Below are positions 7,209 through 15,688 of a DNA stretch of 64,000 nt, piece after piece (the stretch's first letter is position 1; every line of letters starts with the position of its first letter). The notes under the pieces were generated by a model. That model ran no database searches, was not told where the DNA came from, and saw only the letters and a list, made by a program, of their open reading frames with translations. The stretch comes from Candidatus Latescibacterota bacterium (GTDB lineage: Bacteria > Latescibacterota > UBA2968): the NCBI GenBank assembly GCA_965204375.1, contig OZ241986.1, positions 3,520,001 through 3,584,000 on the forward strand, in the 5' to 3' direction. The translations under genes were made by a program, and so were the position numbers.

Positions 7209-8024
7209 TTGTCAAATATGGACCCATCCATCCTCAATTACTACGGAAACTATTATAATGAAATTGACCGATTCAATGACGGCACCGGTCGCCTGGAGTA
7301 CATACGCTCGAAACAGATTCTGGATCGGTACTTACCCCAGGCCCCTATCAACGTCCTCGACGTCGGTGGCGGTCCAGGCGCGTACTCGTCTTGGCTCGCA
7401 GAGAAAGGACACAAAGTCCATCTGGTGGATCCCGTCCCTCGACATCTCAAGGAGGCGGAAGAACGCGCCAGAAAGCACCCTCTAAAAAGCATCCAGAAGG
7501 GCGATGCTCGTAGCTTGAGATGGTCAGACGAAACCATGGACATCGTCTTGCTCATGGGGCCACTATATCACCTGACGAAGGCCGAAGATCGAAAAAAGGC
7601 GCTTCGTGAGGCCAGAAGAGTTCTGAAAACTGGAGGACTCTTATTTGCAGCCGCAATTACGCGATTTGCATCTCTACTTGACGGACTAAGATCCGGGGCG
7701 ATCCTCGATCCAGCCTTCCGAGCAATTGTAGAGCGTGACCTGAAAGACGGCCAACATCGCAATCCTGAAGAAAACAAAGATTACTTTACCACTGCCTACT
7801 TCCATCGCCCGGAGGAACTGGCTATCGAAATCACTGAATGCGGATTCGCCCAGTGCCAGACATTGGCCGTAGAAGGTGCCGCCTGGTTGCTCGGAGATAT
7901 AAAAGATCAATTGGAAGATTCTGAACGCCGCGAAATACTTCTCGATGCAATACAGAAACTTGAGGCAGAGCCATCTCTACTTGGCGCTTCTCCGCACATT
8001 ATGGCAGTGGCTCAGAAACCTTGA
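7209..8024 (+). CDS. Class I SAM-dependent methyltransferase
   Basis: VLDVGGGPGAY, GDARSL, DIVLLMGPLYHL. The start may be the ATG at 7218. Confidence 0.92.
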   Translation: MSNMDPSILNYYGNYYNEIDRFNDGTGRLEYIRSKQILDRYLPQAPINVLDVGGGPGAYSSWLAEKGHKVHLVDPVPRHLKEAEERARKHPLKSIQKGDARSLRWSDETMDIVLLMGPLYHLTKAEDRKKALREARRVLKTGGLLFAAAITRFASLLDGLRSGAILDPAFRAIVERDLKDGQHRNPEENKDYFTTAYFHRPEELAIEITECGFAQCQTLAVEGAAWLLGDIKDQLEDSERREILLDAIQKLEAEPSLLGASPHIMAVAQKP

Positions 8025-8093
8025 TTACTTTCCCTCGATACACCATCATTTTTCAAGAAGACCATCCCTAACATTCTTTAGGAATCAACAAAA

Positions 8094-9110
8094 ATGTCTT
8101 CAAACAAAAGAAATGGCGATATGGACCCTCGGCTTGCATTGGCTTTATCCGAGATAGACACTATCGTGCAAGCAACGCCCAATCTAACACTTGATAAAGA
8201 CTACTTACCCGGGTTTCCAGGCGGAACGAATACAGCTCTATTTGGTCACTTAGACGGCAAACCCATCGTCTTTAAATATTTCCATAACAAAGACAGAAAG
8301 AACCAGGAAGAAAAAGTATTAGAACTCTTTCAGAAAACTGGATATGTCCCTCAACTTTATCCGATCAAAAACGACTCTGTCCTCATAATCGAACGATTGC
8401 CTGGACTGCCATTTTTCATGGTTGAAGAGAATGTAAGTTTGGAGGAATGGGAAGGACTTTTTAATCAATTGGGACAGGCGCTCGCGAGCATTGTCAAAAT
8501 TGCTCCAGGATCTGATTTAGCAATTTCAGGAAGACAAGATCTACCGCGTGAACCTGGTTTTGACTACAAATTTTACTGCACTGCAAATTTAGAAACCTTC
8601 TTTGACACAGTCATAGAAATATCCGCTGGCGTCTTAGAAACGAGTGATTTACCACATCATTCCCTCTTAGAGAATTCTCTCAACGATCTACGAGCAAATA
8701 GAGATGCGATTCTGGCATATCGCAGTTTTATTTTTTTAGATGATTTTCATTATAGCAATATCATCGCCCAGGGTCCTACTCTACAAGGATTCATAGATCT
8801 GGAGATGTCGCGCTACAGCAATGAAGTCCTGGTTCTGGGATCTGTTATGGCGTCAGTTATACCCAGCCAATTAGAACGCTGGTCCTGGATTAAAAAAGGC
8901 TATGAAGCTATTCGCGGAAATAGACTCGATCCCGAAACAATCTACCTATCAGAAATTGTTGCGCCATTTAACCGTTGGATTCGGTTTATGTGGTATTGGG
9001 GCTGTGACGAAGTACCAGACTGGGCAAAAGAAAAAAATCTCCGAATGTCAGTCATTCAAGATATCAAGAGCGTCGTGGACATCATTGAATCGTTGAGAGC
9101 TATATCCTGA
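8094..9110 (+). CDS. Aminoglycoside phosphotransferase/kinase-like protein
   Basis: GGTNTA loop, VFKYF, DDFHYSNII (Brenner-like motif), GFIDLE. Start uncertain. Confidence 0.7.
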   Translation: MSSNKRNGDMDPRLALALSEIDTIVQATPNLTLDKDYLPGFPGGTNTALFGHLDGKPIVFKYFHNKDRKNQEEKVLELFQKTGYVPQLYPIKNDSVLIIERLPGLPFFMVEENVSLEEWEGLFNQLGQALASIVKIAPGSDLAISGRQDLPREPGFDYKFYCTANLETFFDTVIEISAGVLETSDLPHHSLLENSLNDLRANRDAILAYRSFIFLDDFHYSNIIAQGPTLQGFIDLEMSRYSNEVLVLGSVMASVIPSQLERWSWIKKGYEAIRGNRLDPETIYLSEIVAPFNRWIRFMWYWGCDEVPDWAKEKNLRMSVIQDIKSVVDIIESLRAIS

Positions 9111-9111
9111 T

Positions 9112-10050
9112 ATGCTACTGGATCGCAATCCAACATGGCACGGCTTGACAGACGGGAAAATGCCCCCTTTCCCTGCGGCAGTTGTGCGAGATGTTCTCGC
9201 TCGTTTTGAGATTGAGAATCCAGCCAGGTTAAAAGCATGGCCCTTCGGCCCATTTGATATTATAGCTGCCTTTGAATATCGCAACACTCCCTATCTCTTA
9301 AAGGGTCGCCATGTCGAACAACGAGGCGTCAAATCACTGTATCAAACACAAGACATGCAAAAGCAACTCCTGCAACTGGGCTTTCCCGTATCAGACTTTA
9401 TAGCCAATTCTTTTGGCGAAACACTGGTAGAAGGTCCCGACTGGCAGGACGAAGGAAATATCTTCTATGAAATTCAGACCATTCTACCCGGCGTGCCATT
9501 TTCTTCTGATACGCACACAGCTTCCTTATCTGGAAAACTGCTCGGACAACTCCATCTCCTCGGACAGGAAATTCAATCGGATCTCCTGAGTAAGTTTTAC
9601 TACATTGATACGTTCGTGAGCAGATTTCCCAATCAGTTACAGGTAGTCCTTCAAAATAATAGGGATTTACAACGCGGAGAAAGCCTGGAAATCAAAGACG
9701 CTATAACACGATTATCGGATGCTTCGACACGTTCTTCACTTACACATCGCCTGACACACGGCGACTTCACACCCGATAATCTCCTGATGAACCAGGATGA
9801 ACTTTTCTTGATTGATAATGATGAACTTGGATTTGGCGCTGCGGCGATCGATGTCGCGTGGGGCCTAACCTATCTATTTGGTCTGAACATCAAATTGGGA
9901 CAGATCTTCCTGAGCGAATACAAAAAGCACATTCCCGAATTTGCCGAAAGCGATCTTTTGGCTGTTAAGGACTACTTGCTCGCTTTAAATATACACGCGT
10001 ATAATGTGTCGGAATTGTTAGATATTCTGCATACATTGTGCTCTATTTAA
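9112..10050 (+). CDS. Phosphotransferase (APH/type II homoserine kinase-like)
   Basis: LGQLHL, THGDFTPDNLL, LIDND. Confidence 0.8.
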   Translation: MLLDRNPTWHGLTDGKMPPFPAAVVRDVLARFEIENPARLKAWPFGPFDIIAAFEYRNTPYLLKGRHVEQRGVKSLYQTQDMQKQLLQLGFPVSDFIANSFGETLVEGPDWQDEGNIFYEIQTILPGVPFSSDTHTASLSGKLLGQLHLLGQEIQSDLLSKFYYIDTFVSRFPNQLQVVLQNNRDLQRGESLEIKDAITRLSDASTRSSLTHRLTHGDFTPDNLLMNQDELFLIDNDELGFGAAAIDVAWGLTYLFGLNIKLGQIFLSEYKKHIPEFAESDLLAVKDYLLALNIHAYNVSELLDILHTLCSI

Positions 10051-10105
10051 AGGTTACATCACCTGAGAACGTATCCGGCTGACCAATGCAGACTGAGGAC
10101 ATACC

Positions 10106-10303
10106 ATGCCTAACTTAGACCGCATTGAAATCAATCCCAAAGTGATGATGGGAAAACCTGTGGTGAAGGGGACGCGCATTCCAGTCGATCTAATTTTGAG
10201 AAAACTGGGGGAAGGAGCATCAGAAGACGATTTGCTTGACGCTTATCCCCGGCTCACATTAGAAGATATACGCGCTTGTTTGGGGCTATTCAATGGGAGG
10301 TGA
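10106..10303 (+). CDS. DUF433-type antitoxin-like protein, no intact partner
   Basis: RIEINPKVMMGKPVVKGTRIPV...LLDAYPRLTLEDIRACL. Confidence 0.85.
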   Translation: MPNLDRIEINPKVMMGKPVVKGTRIPVDLILRKLGEGASEDDLLDAYPRLTLEDIRACLGLFNGR

Positions 10304-10353
10304 AATTTGCTTTGGCCTGGCCCAATTCCATGCAGAATGACTGTGAGAATATC

Positions 10354-10812
10354 ATGTTAATCACTGTCCGTGCTGCACAATTGAGTGACTTACCTCAGTT
10401 GGCCAGAATGAATAGCTGTCTCGTGGATGATCAGGGCAGCGAGAATCCGTTTTCATTGAAAGAATACGAGGACCGGTTTCGCGAGTGGTTAGATACCAAT
10501 ATATGGACGGTAGATGTATTTCTACATGATAGACAGGTAATAGGCTATTCTGTCTATCAAGAGCGTGCTGACTACTATGACCCAAATGAAGCGGTAATTT
10601 ATATCCGACAGTATTACATTAAACGCTCTCATCGTCGGCTTGGCCTGGGTAAAGCAGCCTTCCAGATTCTGATAGATACGCGTTTTCCAAAGCATGTTCA
10701 ATCTATAGCCCTCGATGTCATGGCAACCAACTCAGCGGGCCAGAATTTTTGGAAAAAAATGAGCTTTAACGAATATTTTATTGCGATGAAAAAGGAACTG
10801 AAACAAGAGTAA
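10354..10812 (+). CDS. GNAT family N-acetyltransferase
   Basis: VRAAQLSDLPQL, YIKRSHRRLGLGK, NSAGQNFWKKM. Confidence 0.85.
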   Translation: MLITVRAAQLSDLPQLARMNSCLVDDQGSENPFSLKEYEDRFREWLDTNIWTVDVFLHDRQVIGYSVYQERADYYDPNEAVIYIRQYYIKRSHRRLGLGKAAFQILIDTRFPKHVQSIALDVMATNSAGQNFWKKMSFNEYFIAMKKELKQE

Positions 10813-10864
10813 TTCACAAGCCGCGTCAGAAGGCAATCTACCGAAAGTACCCTACCGAGAAATC

Positions 10865-11899
10865 ATGGACACGATACCCCGCATAATCAGAATAGAAGCC
10901 GATAATTCTTACTCTGCCGGTGTCCGTCTTGGCGAGAGCCTCGGCCGTAGTTTTGGTGCCTACCTTGAAGATTATATTGCTGCCCGAAGTCTGTCAGCGA
11001 AGAACTGCGCTAAGCCTTCGGAAACGCATGCTGTAGCGTGGATCAATGCTCTACCCCAGCATATATGTGACAGGTTTCGGGGCCTCTCTGAAGGGAGCGG
11101 GATACCGTTCGAGCGCATAGCACATTGGGGTTATCTGGAGGTGGCACTCAGTCAGGGCTGTAGCAGTATCATCTGCCGGTCCAAAGGCAAAGTCTGGATT
11201 GGTCATAACAACGATACCTTTGTACCCAAGCTATGGGGATATATCACTGTCCTGGAGATCAAGGGGCGCATCCCAACCATGTACTTCGGGCTTGCGGGAG
11301 ATATCTGGGCGACCGCTGGAATCAATAAGGCGAAGCTCTGGCTACACGTTGATCACTTGCCAGCAACTGATAAGCCAGACAGTAAAAAAGCCGTCCTACC
11401 GACGTATGGCTTCATCGTTGAAGCTCTGGAGACGTGTGAAAACATTGATGATGTACGGGATCTCCTGAATAAAATTGACAGAACAGAAGGTATGATCCTG
11501 ATAGTTGCGGATGGCAAAACAGATGAAGCAGCCGTCTTTGAATGCTCATGTTCGAGATGGAGACTGGAGAGAGTCAAAACGGATTGGGCTGTGCGAACAA
11601 ACCACGCCGTGATGGGACGAGGAAACAGAAAAACTGGAAAGCGACCACTCGATACATGGAGCAGATACAATCGTCTGGCGCAACTTCTCGAAAACAGCTA
11701 CAACAGCGGAATATCCCCAACACCATCGGACTTGAAAACATATCTCGCCGACGACGGCGTGGAGCGAAGAGGCGATGAGTTCGCGACAGCGTATTCAGTC
11801 GTCGTGTGCCCCGCTACCAGCCGGACTGAATTCACACTGGGTGGACAACCAGCGGCCAGTTGTGGGAACTGGTCTCATATTGAGTGGCCCTGGCACTAA
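10865..11899 (+). CDS. Peptidase C45 / acyl-CoA:6-APA acyltransferase-like Ntn hydrolase
   Basis: Autocleavage-type GCSSI motif, HNND, GIN and RTNH motifs. Confidence 0.8.
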   Translation: MDTIPRIIRIEADNSYSAGVRLGESLGRSFGAYLEDYIAARSLSAKNCAKPSETHAVAWINALPQHICDRFRGLSEGSGIPFERIAHWGYLEVALSQGCSSIICRSKGKVWIGHNNDTFVPKLWGYITVLEIKGRIPTMYFGLAGDIWATAGINKAKLWLHVDHLPATDKPDSKKAVLPTYGFIVEALETCENIDDVRDLLNKIDRTEGMILIVADGKTDEAAVFECSCSRWRLERVKTDWAVRTNHAVMGRGNRKTGKRPLDTWSRYNRLAQLLENSYNSGISPTPSDLKTYLADDGVERRGDEFATAYSVVVCPATSRTEFTLGGQPAASCGNWSHIEWPWH

Positions 11900-11920
11900 A
11901 AAAAAAAGAAAGGTTACATA

Positions 11921-14320
11921 ATGATCGGTAAATACTTTGTCATTGCATTAAGGCGCACATTCAGCGATAAGACCTTCTCTTTGATCAATCTAATCGGGCT
12001 TTCTATTAGCATGGCAAGCGTAATACTCATTATGGTATTTGTGTCTAATGAGTTGACCTTCGACACCTTTCATAAAAACTCCGATCGCATATTCAGAGTA
12101 TTGAGAGAAACTGAATCTTTAGCAGGAGCACCCCAGATTTCACCAGGGACCTCCGGTATGTTGGGGCAGAGTTTGGTGGCAGACATTCCTGAAATTGAGA
12201 AAGTTACTCGTTTTTTTAGAATGAGCCAAAACTGGGCAACCAATGAAGAGAAGGGATTTTTTGTAGCAGTTTGTGCTGTTGATCAAGAATTTTTGCAGAT
12301 GTTTTCTTTTCCTCTCAAAATTGGAGATCCAAAAACCGTTTTGAAAGACAAATTCGCTGTCGTTATAACAGAAGAAACTGCAGAAAAATTTTTCGCCAAT
12401 GAAAATCCCATTGGCAAAACAATCTCTGTTGACGGCAGGTATTTTGGTGGAGATTATTTTGTCTCTGGCGTAGTAAAAGATATACCTCGAAACTCCTCTT
12501 TGCATTTTGACATATTGACATCTACGGTTCACAATGAAATACCATTGACTGCCTGGGAGAGATGGCAACCAAATACATCCTGGCGACCAATCCAGACATT
12601 TGTCCTGTTGTCTGATGCTGCGTCTCCCAAAAACATAGATACCAAACTTCAGGACCTTTTAAATCGTTATATGGGACCCGATGTAAGTGAACGCAATCGA
12701 TATATCCTCCAACCTCTGGAAAGAATGTATTTATACTCTAACCTTGAATATGGAATCAGTAGCGGCGGGGACATTACATACGTCTATATTTTTTCGGCAA
12801 TCGCAATATTTATTGTACTTATTGCCAGCTTTAACTTTGTAAATCTATCTATAGCGCGATCTGCTACCAGACTAAAAGAAATTGGCGTAAGAAAAACCGT
12901 CGGAGCCCATAAGAGCAGCCTCATCTTCCAGTTTATAGCCGAAGCTGTTTTTATGGCATTTTGTTCTTCACTCCTCGCCTTTTGTATTGTAGAAATCTCG
13001 CTTCCTTATCTGGATAACTACATAAATCAAGAAGGCAAATTGGAATTCAGTGGACATCTGTTATTTGTTATAACATTTCTTACAGCCCTCGTTATAGGCA
13101 CTCTATCTGGACTTTATCCCGCGCTTTTCCTGGCATCTTTTCATCCCGTCCAAATATTAAGGCGTGAACTCCAGTTTAATAACTCTGGAAAATGGCTGAG
13201 AAATGGCTCTCTAATTTTTCAATTTGCGGCTTCTGTCGTGCTTATCATCAGTACGATTATTGTTTATGAACAAATGGCGTTTATTCAAAACAAAGCGTTG
13301 GGATTTGATAAAGAGCATATCGTCGTATTACCTCTTTTTACGACTGATCGCTCCCTAAATGAGCGATATCGCGTTATTAAGCAGGAATTTTTGAAACACC
13401 CCAATGTGATCTCTGCATCTGCATCCAATTCTACTATCGCCTGGTTTGGTGGCGCATTCCATACAGTCTATCCCGAAGGTTTTCAGGGTAGCGAATGGCA
13501 GATGAGAATACTGGGCGTTGACGAAGACTTTATAGATCTGTATGGGATAACACTGTCAAAAGGTCGAAACTTTTCTGTAGAGATTCCGGGTGATGCAACC
13601 GATGCTTATATCTTAAATGAAACAGCAGTTGAGCAACTCGGGTGGCAAAATCCAATAGGAAAACAGTTCGAATGGGCATATTGGAAGCGCAAGGGCATTG
13701 TGGTTGGTATTGTTGAGGATTTTCATAACCGATCTCTCAAAGAACCCATCAGGCCAATTGCTTTATGTATGTGGCAGCCCAAGTATAATCTTCTTTCTCT
13801 AAAAATTAGAGGTGAAAATATCAAAGATACAATGGCTTTTTTGGAGGATCAATGGAGGCGATTTATTCCCGACAAACCATTCAAAGCCGCCTTTTTAGAT
13901 GAACACCTGAACCAGCTATATCAAAATGATATTAATTTCGGGCGTATATTTGGTGTATTTGCATTGCTCGCCATTTTTATAGCCTGTTTGGGCATGTTGG
14001 GCATGGTATCTTATGCTTTAGAAAGAAGAACAAAAGAGATTGGAATTCGAAAAATTTTGGGCGCTTCAGCCTGGCACATTATTGTCCTGATTTTCTCCGA
14101 GTTTTTCGGAATCCTTGTTGTCGCTAATTTATTTGCGTGGTTAATTGCATTTCTTTTGATGGATAATTGGTTGCTTTCATTTGCTTACAGGATCGAACTG
14201 TCACCTCATACTTTTGCCCTGGGAACGCTATTTGCAATTGCAATTACTTTTGCAACGGTAGCCTCGCATTTGATACAAGCCACCTCAAAAAATCCCATTG
14301 ACGAAATAAGGTATGAATAG
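11921..14320 (+). CDS. MacB/FtsX-type ABC transporter permease (duplicated, about 800 aa)
   Basis: SLINLIGLSI, NFVNLSIARS..RLKEIGVRKTVGA, second RTKEIGIRKILGAS, C-terminal NPIDEIRYE. Confidence 0.95.
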   Translation: MIGKYFVIALRRTFSDKTFSLINLIGLSISMASVILIMVFVSNELTFDTFHKNSDRIFRVLRETESLAGAPQISPGTSGMLGQSLVADIPEIEKVTRFFRMSQNWATNEEKGFFVAVCAVDQEFLQMFSFPLKIGDPKTVLKDKFAVVITEETAEKFFANENPIGKTISVDGRYFGGDYFVSGVVKDIPRNSSLHFDILTSTVHNEIPLTAWERWQPNTSWRPIQTFVLLSDAASPKNIDTKLQDLLNRYMGPDVSERNRYILQPLERMYLYSNLEYGISSGGDITYVYIFSAIAIFIVLIASFNFVNLSIARSATRLKEIGVRKTVGAHKSSLIFQFIAEAVFMAFCSSLLAFCIVEISLPYLDNYINQEGKLEFSGHLLFVITFLTALVIGTLSGLYPALFLASFHPVQILRRELQFNNSGKWLRNGSLIFQFAASVVLIISTIIVYEQMAFIQNKALGFDKEHIVVLPLFTTDRSLNERYRVIKQEFLKHPNVISASASNSTIAWFGGAFHTVYPEGFQGSEWQMRILGVDEDFIDLYGITLSKGRNFSVEIPGDATDAYILNETAVEQLGWQNPIGKQFEWAYWKRKGIVVGIVEDFHNRSLKEPIRPIALCMWQPKYNLLSLKIRGENIKDTMAFLEDQWRRFIPDKPFKAAFLDEHLNQLYQNDINFGRIFGVFALLAIFIACLGMLGMVSYALERRTKEIGIRKILGASAWHIIVLIFSEFFGILVVANLFAWLIAFLLMDNWLLSFAYRIELSPHTFALGTLFAIAITFATVASHLIQATSKNPIDEIRYE

Positions 14321-14420
14321 ACCGGGAATCAGAGAAAACGACATAATGGGGTTGGTTTGTATGATTCGGATTCCCTCTTCTATCCCTGGATCTCACCCCT
14401 ATTCTATTCGATGATCTCAA

Positions 14421-14621
14421 ATGCCGCTCATTAAAAATCAGGATATTCGCATCTGTTATGAAGTTGTTGGAGAGGCCGATTCATTTATGTTCGACGCTGT
14501 GAAACGCGGGGCCGGTCAAATCCCCGAAGCAAAATTGGTCATTATTCCAGGTCTTGATCACGGACAAGCATACGCTGATAGTCGCCTGATTTTACCTCAT
14601 GTGAGGGACTTTCTGCGTTAA
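14421..14621 (+). pseudogene. Internally deleted alpha/beta-hydrolase remnant
   Basis: N-terminal IRICYEVVGE joins directly to C-terminal IPEAKLVIIPGLDH..VRDFL; the nucleophile region is absent. Confidence 0.65.
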
Positions 14622-14667
14622 ATATGTGAAATTAGGATGGCGCATGTTGGTATATGGCGAAATACCT

Positions 14668-15366
14668 TCAGTTGCGACCTACCCCTAATATTTCGGGCAG
14701 GTCAGTCAATGAACTGATTTCGTAATCGGCCTTGATCCCCGTGTCATTTGTCAGACCTTCGCGATTTAGCCAAACCGTATGTGCTCCGGCTGCACCTGCA
14801 CCTGCAACATCCTGTTCCAGAGAATCTCCGACGTGTAAGAGCTGCGCCAGCGGACAACACGCCCTCTGTGCGGTAATCTGAAAAATTCTTTGATCAGGCT
14901 TCGCAACACGCACATCCTGAGCAAGAACAACAAAGCCAAAACGACCTGCAAGGCCACAGCGTTCCGGGTAACTATTCCCATTTGACAAAAGCCCGATCTT
15001 GAAATGAGGAGCCAAAGTATCAAGCGCAGGTATAACATCCTCATACAACTCAATATCTTCGAACCGATGCTTTAGATATATCGTATTGAGATGCATGGCC
15101 AGATCACTATCCGGATATCCAACATATTCAAGCGTCTTCTCAAATGCCAGCCGTCTGATCTCCTCGAGATTCCAGACCTCGCCTTTCACCTCCTCAGCAA
15201 GCCGATTGCGAATCGCAATCATATCCTCAACCGCAAGGTCTAAAGCGCGTCGTGTCGGAACATGCCCGCGCAATTCCCTCAATGTATGCGTTAGCGAATG
15301 TCGCATGACCTTGTAGAAGTCCCACAAGGTCATATCACCATCAAAAGAAATAGCTGAAATTCGCAA
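14668..15366 (-). CDS. HAD family hydrolase
   Basis: ISFDGDMTL, LLSNG, KPD..IF, HVGDSLEQDVAGA. Confidence 0.93.
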   Translation of the reverse strand: MRISAISFDGDMTLWDFYKVMRHSLTHTLRELRGHVPTRRALDLAVEDMIAIRNRLAEEVKGEVWNLEEIRRLAFEKTLEYVGYPDSDLAMHLNTIYLKHRFEDIELYEDVIPALDTLAPHFKIGLLSNGNSYPERCGLAGRFGFVVLAQDVRVAKPDQRIFQITAQRACCPLAQLLHVGDSLEQDVAGAGAAGAHTVWLNREGLTNDTGIKADYEISSLTDLPEILGVGRN

Positions 15367-15382
15367 GATCCCCTCCTCTTAG

Positions 15383-15499
15383 TGTTCATTTTCGGACACC
15401 ACTGTACCAAAATCGGACACTTATTAAGACATCAATCCTAAGCAATTTTCATAACCTATTGTTATTTCATTATTTGACTTTTCCGGCACAGTTTTTGCT
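15383..15499 (+). promoter_or_regulatory. Predicted sigma-54 promoter with two upstream activator sites and an IHF-like site
   Basis: CGGCAC-AGTTT-TTGCT (GG-N10-GC, 15484-15499); TGT-N10-ACA (15383-15398) and TGT-N11-ACA (15403-15419), both ending TCGGACAC; TAACCTATTGTT near 15452. Confidence 0.7.
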
Positions 15500-15688
15500 T
15501 TAAAAATAGGTAATCCTGAGACTACTCTGGTTGTCTATAAGGAAATAGAAATGCAAAACCGCCATCTTCTTCCATTTGTGGCGTATGCAGGTCGGAGGTT
15601 TTTTGCCGGGAGAATCGAACAATGGTGAAAATTCAATAGTGTGACACACCGTTTCTGATCAATTTGATAGAATAAGAAGGGATTCGCA

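Noticed and set aside
8094-10050. Aminoglycoside resistance genes
   Set aside because: Only the general kinase fold is evident; substrate cannot be assigned.
10300-10350. Remnant of a PIN-like partner of the DUF433 gene (GTG AAA TTT)
   Set aside because: Only three codons of resemblance.
4676-11920. Integron attC sites
   Set aside because: No convincing RYYYAAC..GTTRRRY pairs or shared spacer repeats, and no integrase.
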